This document shows positions 57,522 to 64,000 of a stretch of 64,000 bases of DNA, one piece after another. Under the pieces are notes generated by a model, which had not been told where the DNA came from, searched no databases, and saw only the letters and a program-made list of their open reading frames with translations. The position numbers and the translations under genes were made by a program. The stretch's first letter is position 1, and each line of letters opens with the position of its first letter. This stretch comes from Acidobacteriaceae bacterium (GTDB lineage: Bacteria; Acidobacteriota; Terriglobia; Terriglobales; Acidobacteriaceae), in assembly GCA_036500845.1 (NCBI GenBank), contig DASYBJ010000068.1:34-64033 (forward strand), written 5' to 3'.

Positions 57522-58145
57522 ATGTCTGAAGACCCTTCAAATCCGATAAGTGGCTCGAAACGTTCTTTCAATAGGGCGGCGAACGAGTCAGACATCGGCA
57601 CGCCTCGTTCTGGAGATTCTTCGTCTGTGGATTTGGCATTGCTCGACCGAGTCCGCGTGGGTGACCAAGGCGCCATGACTGAGGTCTTTGATCGCTACTC
57701 GTCGGCGGCGTATTCCGTCGCACTTCGAGTTCTCCGCGATCAGGGCCAAGCAGAGGATGTTGTTCAGGAAGTTTTCCTTCAGATCTGGAAGAACTCGAGC
57801 TCCTTTGTACGGGACCGGGGATCATTAGGCGCGTGGTTGGTCGTAGTTACGCGGAATCGGGCAATCGATCATTTGCGCCGCAGAAAGCCCACTGACTCGG
57901 TGGAGGATGTGGTATTGGCCTCCTCGATCGATGTGGCATCGGAAGCCGAGCGCAATAATTTGATGGAGCGCGTACGCAGCGTTCTGGACACTCTGCCGCA
58001 GGAGCAGCAGCAATCGATGCAGCTCGCGTTTTTCGAAGGGTTGAGTCATTCGGAAATCGCCGAGCGTACGGGGGACCCGTTGGGTACGGTAAAAACTAGA
58101 ATCCGCCAGGCACTCATCAGCATACGAAAGGCATTGACAGCATGA
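57522..58145 (+). CDS. ECF-type RNA polymerase sigma factor
   Basis: Region 2 (AEDVVQEVFLQIW) and region 4 (LAFFEGLSHSEIAERTGDPLGTVKTRI). The start is uncertain; an in-frame GTG at 57627 is a plausible alternative. Confidence 0.85.
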   Translation: MSEDPSNPISGSKRSFNRAANESDIGTPRSGDSSSVDLALLDRVRVGDQGAMTEVFDRYSSAAYSVALRVLRDQGQAEDVVQEVFLQIWKNSSSFVRDRGSLGAWLVVVTRNRAIDHLRRRKPTDSVEDVVLASSIDVASEAERNNLMERVRSVLDTLPQEQQQSMQLAFFEGLSHSEIAERTGDPLGTVKTRIRQALISIRKALTA

Positions 58146-58978
58146 CTGCTGGCGGACACATCTTGCAGGAGGATCTGGCGCTCTATGCCATGCAAAACCT
58201 GCCTGCGCAGGAGATAGCGGCGATCCGCATCCACTTGTCCACATGTGCCGATTGCCGTTTGGAACTGGCCAAAGCCGCGGGCGACTTGGCTTTCTTGGGA
58301 TTGAGTGTGGAGCAGCAACCTTTACCCGCGGGGCTGCGCGATCGCTTTCTCTCGAAGCTTGCCGCCACGCCGCACGAGCAGACTATGAAGAAAGAAGATG
58401 ACAAGCGTTTGGGGAGTTCGCTTTTGGCGACGCAAGTTGTCGCACTTCCTCGGCGGCGTGGGTTTGGGTTCTGGCTGCCGTGGGGGGCTGCTTTCGCAAT
58501 GGGTCTCGTCGCCATCGCTCTTGGTGTCCAGAACGTGGCGTTGAACGATGAGTTGCGTGATGAATCCGGAATGGTGACCAACCTCGCTGCCAAGGCGTCC
58601 CGGGCGCAACAGGTTCTTGAGGTTCTTACTTCTCCAGCCGCACAGCGCGTAATCCTGACCCCCGGCAAGGGACCGGTGCAGCCAACCGGACGTGCCACGT
58701 ACTTGCCAGATCGCGGCGGGTTGATCTTCCAAGCGAACAATTTACCGCCGCTGCCCCCGGGCAAGACGTATGAGTTATGGGTGATTCCCGCGGACGGTAA
58801 GCCTCCGATTCCCGCAGGTATCTTCCAGCCGGATGCGTCGGGTACAGCGAGTGTTGTCTTGCCCGAGCTGCCCGTCGGAGTCGCTGCGAAAGCGTTCGGC
58901 GTGACGATAGAGAAGGCCGCCGGCTCTACCACACCTACTCCGCCAATTCTCCTGCAGGGAGCGGCACCTGGTGCTTGA
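58142..58978 (+). CDS. anti-sigma factor (zinc-finger N-domain, one TM, RskA-like C-domain)
   Basis: ATGA overlap with the sigma gene. HLSTCADC motif, a central TM helix, and C-terminal YELWVIPADGKPPIPAGIF. Confidence 0.8.
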   Translation: MTAGGHILQEDLALYAMQNLPAQEIAAIRIHLSTCADCRLELAKAAGDLAFLGLSVEQQPLPAGLRDRFLSKLAATPHEQTMKKEDDKRLGSSLLATQVVALPRRRGFGFWLPWGAAFAMGLVAIALGVQNVALNDELRDESGMVTNLAAKASRAQQVLEVLTSPAAQRVILTPGKGPVQPTGRATYLPDRGGLIFQANNLPPLPPGKTYELWVIPADGKPPIPAGIFQPDASGTASVVLPELPVGVAAKAFGVTIEKAAGSTTPTPPILLQGAAPGA

Positions 58979-59041
58979 GTTTGGTGCTTGAGTTCAATGG
59001 GGCGAGTCGAGCTCAGAGCTTTAGCCGCACTTGCCCTCTTC

Positions 59042-59404
59042 TCACAAGCTCTCTTCCTTGAGCTGCTTCTTCCAACCCAACAGCTTCGCCTTCAGGCCCT
59101 CGGCTTCTGCCTCCGGGATCATGCCCTTGAGCTGGTAGAGAATGGACAGACTGGTGTGCGCCAGCACGTCGTCCGGATCAAGAGCAATCAGCTGTTGCGC
59201 AACGACGAGCGCTTCGTCGAGCTCACCCGATTCCCGTAGTGCGCGGATCAGACCGTGCATCGCGTCGAGAAAGCCGGGGTCGGCCTCGAGTGACCGGCGA
59301 AGCAGCTTGGCTGCCTCCGCAGCCTGCCCAGCCGAAAGCTGGTCAAGTCCTTCGTAGTACAGATCCTCCGCCTTGGACTGGGATTGAGAAGCCATAGCTA
59401 CCAT
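59042..59404 (-). CDS. small TPR-repeat protein
   Basis: 120 aa. TPR-like helices (YYEGLDQLSAGQAAEAAKLLRRSLEADPGFLDAMHGLIRAL...). Confidence 0.7.
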   Translation of the reverse strand: MVAMASQSQSKAEDLYYEGLDQLSAGQAAEAAKLLRRSLEADPGFLDAMHGLIRALRESGELDEALVVAQQLIALDPDDVLAHTSLSILYQLKGMIPEAEAEGLKAKLLGWKKQLKEESL

Positions 59405-59407
59405 GAT

Positions 59408-59447
59408 AAGTCAGCGAGTCGGCAGGTCGGCGGGTCGGCGAGTCAGC
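59408..59447 (-). repeat. array of five 8-nt repeats (GCYGACYY in the sense of the TPR gene)
   Basis: On the plus strand: AAGTCAGC GAGTCGGC AGGTCGGC GGGTCGGC GAGTCAGC. The array ends 3 nt from the TPR start codon. Confidence 0.9.
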
Positions 59448-59575
59448 TCGAAAAAGTTCGCAATGCAGGCTGACGCCAGCGTTTGAGCATCGAAAAAGGC
59501 AATACGCCTTGTAATCGGAGACTTGAAAGGACCACGACAGAGCGCGTCGAGATCTGTATCTCTTTTCGCCGGCCG

Positions 59576-59631
59576 GCTGACTCCCTGATCTGCTGACTTG
59601 CGGACTTGCCGACCCGCCGGCTTGCTGGTCT
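59576..59631 (+). repeat. array of seven 8-nt repeats (GCYGACYY-like), in inverted orientation to 59408-59447
   Basis: GCTGACTC CCTGATCT GCTGACTT GCGGACTT GCCGACCC GCCGGCTT GCTGGTCT. It ends 12 nt before the DUF4337 ATG. TATACT at 59631-59636 begins on the last base of the array. Confidence 0.9.
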
Positions 59632-59643
59632 ATACTCCGGTCC

Positions 59644-60189
59644 ATGGAAGCCGACGAAGCCCACGAACTTATCGAACACCATGAGCATGCCGCCCACGAT
59701 GAATCGCTTCGTCCTATCGCCCTCGCCATGAGCATCCTTGCGGTGCTGGTTGCGATCGTAACGCTGCTTGGCCATCGCTCTTCAACCGAGGCGGTCCTGG
59801 CCCAGTCGCGGGCTAGCGATCAGTGGAACGAGTATCAGGCCAAGCGGATTCGCCAGCATGAGGCCACACTCTCGGTTGATATGCTGTCGACCTTGCCCGT
59901 CTCCGATCAAAACGCCGCTGCGGCCTTAAAAGCCAAATACCAAAAGAGCATCAATCAGTGGAGCACCGAGATCAAAGACGAGGCCGATAAGGCGCGCGAG
60001 CTTGAGGCGGATGTGAGGCTCTCCGAGCGGCGCACGGACCGATACGATTTCGGGGAGGCGCTCCTCGAAATCGGTCTGGTGGTCACTTCCATTGCGCTCC
60101 TAACGCGCCAGAGAGTCTACGCGTATTTGGGGAGTGCCTTCGGTGCGGCTGGAGTGATCTCCGCCGTCTGGGCGTTGATGCTGCACTGA
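59644..60189 (+). CDS. DUF4337-like protein
   Basis: His/Glu-rich N-terminus, a TM helix IALAMSILAVLVAIVTLLG, ASDQWNEYQAKRIRQ, and a C-terminal TM pair. Confidence 0.75.
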   Translation: MEADEAHELIEHHEHAAHDESLRPIALAMSILAVLVAIVTLLGHRSSTEAVLAQSRASDQWNEYQAKRIRQHEATLSVDMLSTLPVSDQNAAAALKAKYQKSINQWSTEIKDEADKARELEADVRLSERRTDRYDFGEALLEIGLVVTSIALLTRQRVYAYLGSAFGAAGVISAVWALMLH

Positions 60190-60287
60190 GACGGAGCTTC
60201 CTCTTTATGCTCCTTTCCACGGGTGAGGCAACAGTCGACACCAAATTGTTTCAGCATTTCAACTGGCTGCCTTAGCATTTCATCTGG

Positions 60288-60929
60288 ATGATCGACACGC
60301 TATACGTTGCCAGCAGTAATCCCGGAAAGTTACGCGATTTCTCTACGGCTGCCCACTCCCTTGGAGTGAACATCCTTCCCGTTGCCCGCCTCGACACAAT
60401 TCCCGCTCCGCCGGAAGACGAGCCCACCTTTGCCGGTAATGCCGCAGCGAAAGCGGCCTACTATAGCCGGTTGATGCCGGGACAGATCGTAATTGCCGAC
60501 GATTCTGGGCTGGAGGTTGACGCTCTGAATGGCGCTCCCGGAGTCCGCTCGGCGCGATACGCTGCAGATGCCGCTCAGAATGCGCGCGAAGATCGAGCCC
60601 AGGAAAATCGAACGCCAGACGAGCGTAACAATCTCTACTTGCTTTCTCAGCTTGAGGGCGTAGACGAGCCGCAACGCGCATGCCGCTACACGTGTGTCCT
60701 GGCAGCGGCGCGGGATGGTCATGTTCTGCTCACCGCGGACGGGACCGTAGCGGGTCGAATCCTTACCGGGCTGCGGGGCACGGGAGGTTTCGGGTATGAT
60801 CCTCTGTTCTACTTGCCTGATCTCGGGCAAACGATGGCGGAGATCGATCTCGAGACCAAAGATGCGCTGAGCCATCGCGGACGGGCTTTGCGCGCGCTGC
60901 TCGAACAATTGGCTAAGCTATCTGAATAG
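60288..60929 (+). CDS. rdgB: RdgB/HAM1 family non-canonical purine NTP pyrophosphatase
   Basis: ASSNPGKLRDF, DDSGLEVDALNGAPG, FGYDPLF and SHRGRAL. Confidence 0.9.
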   Translation: MIDTLYVASSNPGKLRDFSTAAHSLGVNILPVARLDTIPAPPEDEPTFAGNAAAKAAYYSRLMPGQIVIADDSGLEVDALNGAPGVRSARYAADAAQNAREDRAQENRTPDERNNLYLLSQLEGVDEPQRACRYTCVLAAARDGHVLLTADGTVAGRILTGLRGTGGFGYDPLFYLPDLGQTMAEIDLETKDALSHRGRALRALLEQLAKLSE

Positions 60930-61391
60930 CAAGAGATGAAAAGAAGCAGTGCTTGTTTGTGCTGCAGCGGCAATGGCTGTTGCACCATTCGATATGAGAT
61001 GAATTTTGAATGCAATAATGATAGCAGGATCATTAGGATTCGTGCCCAACGAGAGGAGAGGCATTCGCAGTTCGTTCGGATGTCTTCTCAAGGATAGGTG
61101 ACCGAAATGTCTACAGCAATACTGACGGAGATTGACTTTGCGATTGCCGTGGGAGCAACGAGGCAATTCTGTGCCGAACCATTGAGAATGAGCATGCATA
61201 ACACTGTCAACGAGGATCGAAAGATGACCTTGTCACCCGTGATTAGCCACTCATATCACAGTCATAAGAACGAATAACAATCACGAATCACCTGTGTAGA
61301 GTCCAACCATAGGGTGAGGATTGGAGCATGGATCCACCCCACAACGGGAAGCCTGGAGGATTCCAATTCAGTATGACTGCGGGAGAAATGG

Positions 61392-62150
61392 ATGAGTAGC
61401 ACGAAGCCTCTTGATCGCGCGACAAAAGTTAGGAGTCGCAAGATCACAAGAGGCAAGATCCCAACCAATCCTGCCTTAGCCCTCTGGCACACCACGATTG
61501 GCAAGAAGATTGTCATGGCCGTGACCGGTGCGGTTCTGGTTCTCTTTGTGATCGCCCATATGCTGGGCAACCTGAAGATCTTTCTTGGACCGGAGCAGAT
61601 CAATGCATACTCGCGCTTTTTGCGCGACGTAGGTCAGCCTGAGCTCGAGCGCGGCCAGCTTCTCTGGATTGTCCGCATCGTTCTTCTGATTTGTGCGATT
61701 CTCCACATCGTTGCTGCGTATCAGCTCACGCGCATCAGCCATGCAGCCCGTCCCGCTAGCTACGCGCACAGAAAGAACGTCGAGACGACATTGGCGGCAC
61801 GCCTCATGCGTTGGGGCGGTGTGCTGCTAGCGATCTTCATCGTCTTCCACATCTTGCACTTCACTCTGGGTGCCGTCGGCTTCAACCCAGGCCAGTTCCA
61901 GGATCTGGCCGTGTACCAGAACGTCGTTGCAGGCTTTCGAGTTTGGCCGATCTCCCTCTTCTACATTGTGGCGATGGGTGCACTCTGTTTGCATCTGGAT
62001 CACGGTGTCTGGAGCATGACCCAGACTTTGGGTTGGGCGACGACCGAAAACACAAAATCCTTGAGGACCATTTCGCGCGTTCTTGCCATCGTCGTCTTTC
62101 TGGGCTTTATCGCAGTTCCTATTTCCGTGATGGCTGGATGGGTGCGCTGA
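61392..62150 (+). CDS. sdhC: succinate dehydrogenase / fumarate reductase cytochrome b subunit (b558 type)
   Basis: GGGAG lies 6 nt upstream. 252 aa polytopic protein with conserved His residues (FVIAHMLGNL, ILHIVAAY, FHILHF, LHLDHGVWS). It lies directly upstream of sdhA. Confidence 0.85.
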   Translation: MSSTKPLDRATKVRSRKITRGKIPTNPALALWHTTIGKKIVMAVTGAVLVLFVIAHMLGNLKIFLGPEQINAYSRFLRDVGQPELERGQLLWIVRIVLLICAILHIVAAYQLTRISHAARPASYAHRKNVETTLAARLMRWGGVLLAIFIVFHILHFTLGAVGFNPGQFQDLAVYQNVVAGFRVWPISLFYIVAMGALCLHLDHGVWSMTQTLGWATTENTKSLRTISRVLAIVVFLGFIAVPISVMAGWVR

Positions 62151-62245
62151 ATAAGACTGCGCGAAAGACGCGCCGAAGGCGACAAACGAGGCGCTGGGAA
62201 AGTGTTGACTTTTAAAGCTTAGCTACACATTGCTTGCTTAACCGT

Positions 62246-62273
62246 CACGGCTTGTTTTCCGCAGCCTGTGAAG
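62246..62273. repeat. partial copy of the CCGCAGCCTGTGAAG motif
   Basis: CACGGCTTGTTTTCCGCAGCCTGTGAAGG. The 16-nt core is identical to part of 17626-17653, and the copy runs into the sdhA Shine-Dalgarno sequence AAGGAG. Confidence 0.75.
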
Positions 62274-62287
62274 GAGATGAGAAAAAA

Positions 62288-64000
62288 ATGCTCGACCCCC
62301 TGATTCCCTCAGGACCTATCGAACAAAAATGGGACAAGGCTCGCTTCGAAATGAAGCTGGTGAACCCCGCGAATCGCCGCAAGCACTCGGTGATTATTGT
62401 AGGAGCGGGACTGGCTGGAGCGGCAGCTGCTGCTTCGCTCGGCCAGCAAGGCTACCAGGTCCATTGCTTTTCCCTGCACGATTCGCCGCGCCGGGCGCAC
62501 TCGATCGCTGCGCAAGGCGGTATCAACGCGGCCAAAAACTACCGCAACGATGGAGATAGCATCTTCCGCCTGTTCTACGACACAGTGAAGGGCGGCGACT
62601 TCCGCTCGCGGGAAGCGAACGTCTTCCGGCTGGCACAGCTCAGCGTAAACATTATCGATCAGTGCGTGGCGCAAGGCGTGCCCTTCGCGCGCGAATATGG
62701 CGGCCTTTTGGATACGCGCTCGTTCGGCGGCGTGCAAGTGCAGAGAACCTTCTATGCGCGCGGCCAGACTGGACAACAACTCTTGCTCGGCGCCTACCAG
62801 GCTCTCGAGGAGCAGGTTGCAGCTGGTACCGTCACGATGCACACGCGTCGTGAGATGCTTGACCTTGTCGTCGTCGACGGCAAGGCGCGCGGCATCATCA
62901 CGCGCAACATGGTCACCGGGGCCATCGCGGCGCAGGCGGCCGATGTAGTGGTTCTGGCTACGGGCGGTTACTCCAACGTCTTCTTCCTTTCAACCAACGC
63001 CATGGCTTCGAACACCACTGCCATCTGGAGAGCCCACCGTCGCGGAGCTTTGTTTGCCAATCCCTGCTTTACACAGATCCATCCAACGTGTATTCCGGTG
63101 AGCAGCGAGCATCAATCCAAGCTGACGCTGATGTCGGAGTCTCTGCGTAATGATGGGCGCGTCTGGGTGCCAGTGAAACCTGCCGACACCCGGCCGCCAC
63201 ACGAAATTCCGGAGAATGAGCGCGATTACTACCTGGAACGCCGGTACCCGAGCTTCGGAAATCTCGTGCCTCGCGACGTGGCGTCGAGGGCCGCCAAGGA
63301 AGTGTGCGATCAGGGCCGGGGCGTAGGCCCGAGCGGGCAAGGCGTCTACCTTGACTTTGCGGATGCGATCAGCCGTCTGGGTCGTGATGTAGTTGCGGAA
63401 AAGTACGGCAATCTCTTCGATATTTATGAGCGCATCACCGGTGAAGATGCCTATACCGTGCCGATGCGCATCTACCCTGCACCCCACTACACGATGGGAG
63501 GCCTCTGGGTGGACTACCACCTGATGACCACCATTCCTGGTCTCTTTGCCGCTGGCGAAGCAAACTTCTCCGACCACGGTGCCAATCGCTTAGGGGCGAG
63601 CGCGCTGATGCAAGGGCTGGCGGACGGCTACTTCGTATTGCCCGCCACCGTGCCCAATTACATCGCCTCAACCACGTTCGAACGGGTGACTGAATCCGAT
63701 CCAGCCTTTACGGCGGCCAAGAAAGAAGTGGCTGCGAGTATCCAGGCGATGCTGAGCATCAAGGGCAAGCGCACACCAGATTCGATCCACAAGAAACTTG
63801 GCCGGCTGATGTGGGATTACTGCGGCATGTCACGATCTGCTGAAGGCCTCGAGAAAGCGCTTGCGGGCATTCCCGAGTTCCGTGAAGAGTTCACGACTGA
63901 TCTGTTGCTGGTTGGTACAGGAGAGGAGCTGAACCAGTCGCTTGAGAAAGCCGCACGCGTTTATGACTTCCTTGAATTGGCCGAGTTGATGTGCATCGAC
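62288..64000 (+). CDS. sdhA: succinate dehydrogenase / fumarate reductase flavoprotein subunit, 3'-truncated by the window edge
   Basis: Not in the ORF track because there is no stop codon in the window. ATG at 62288 lies 11 nt after AAGGAG. My translation gives [48 protein letters not shown]...[17 protein letters not shown]...[12 protein letters not shown]. The frame stays open for 571 codons to 64000. Confidence 0.93.
   Translation, partial: MLDPLIPSGPIEQKWDKARFEMKLVNPANRRKHSVIIVGAGLAGAAAAASLGQQGYQVHCFSLHDSPRRAHSIAAQGGINAAKNYRNDGDSIFRLFYDTVKGGDFRSREANVFRLAQLSVNIIDQCVAQGVPFAREYGGLLDTRSFGGVQVQRTFYARGQTGQQLLLGAYQALEEQVAAGTVTMHTRREMLDLVVVDGKARGIITRNMVTGAIAAQAADVVVLATGGYSNVFFLSTNAMASNTTAIWRAHRRGALFANPCFTQIHPTCIPVSSEHQSKLTLMSESLRNDGRVWVPVKPADTRPPHEIPENERDYYLERRYPSFGNLVPRDVASRAAKEVCDQGRGVGPSGQGVYLDFADAISRLGRDVVAEKYGNLFDIYERITGEDAYTVPMRIYPAPHYTMGGLWVDYHLMTTIPGLFAAGEANFSDHGANRLGASALMQGLADGYFVLPATVPNYIASTTFERVTESDPAFTAAKKEVAASIQAMLSIKGKRTPDSIHKKLGRLMWDYCGMSRSAEGLEKALAGIPEFREEFTTDLLLVGTGEELNQSLEKAARVYDFLELAELMCID

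Noticed and set aside
62309-63577. Minus-strand ORFs 62309-62842 and 62990-63577.
   Set aside because: They are antisense to the open sdhA frame (62288 onward). That frame carries the FAD-binding [10 protein letters not shown] and [10 protein letters not shown] motifs and is missing from the track only because it has no stop codon in the window.
1-64000. I looked for CRISPR arrays, tRNA or rRNA genes, transposases, integrases, reverse transcriptases and phage or defence-island content.
   Set aside because: I found no spaced identical repeats of CRISPR type, no tRNA-like T-arm or acceptor patterns in any intergenic gap, and no ORF with recombinase, transposase or RT motifs. The window reads as core chromosome.

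Overview
This is a gene-dense stretch of core chromosome, about 58-60% GC by eye. Gene content and the intergenic repeat families suggest Acidobacteriota of the Terriglobia type; that assignment is inference only. I saw no rRNA, tRNA, CRISPR array, transposase, integrase or phage genes. Main content, in order: (1) A respiratory complex I (nuo) operon at 958-14928 with gene order A-C-D-orf-E-F-G-H-J-K-L-M-N. It lacks nuoB and nuoI and carries an unassigned 127-codon gene translationally coupled between nuoD and nuoE. (2) An aldehyde dehydrogenase, an ABC-2 exporter pair, and a partial ATP synthase cluster (atpZ-like, atpI-like, atpB, atpE). (3) lysS, an Rrf2 regulator, a YmdB-like phosphoesterase, and three exported proteins including a nucleoside hydrolase. 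(4) An SDR oxidoreductase, smc, purC, cvpA, a Fis-type HTH protein, a HAD hydrolase, an orphan TPR-secretin and an exported unknown protein. (5) A membrane-anchored MutS-like ATPase, a DsbA-like protein, nadE, and a polyprenyl-phosphate sugar transferase. (6) An orphan MlaF-like ATPase, mobA, an M20 dipeptidase and a rhodanese. (7) A sigma-54 response regulator, histidine kinase and lipoprotein module, then nadK and tlyA. (8) An ECF sigma and anti-sigma pair, a TPR protein, a DUF4337 protein, rdgB, sdhC, and a 3'-truncated sdhA that the ORF track omits because it has no stop codon in the window. The features not explained by genes are several intergenic repeat families: nested inverted repeats, a dispersed hairpin module, mirrored 8-nt repeat arrays abutting two divergent start codons, and 26-nt tandem repeats upstream of the sugar transferase. 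My best candidate for something undescribed is the nuo-embedded ORF together with the B/I-less operon architecture. I consider that moderate evidence, not strong. Coordinates include stop codons. Starts were chosen from in-frame ATG/GTG codons and overlap patterns and are less certain than the gene calls themselves.
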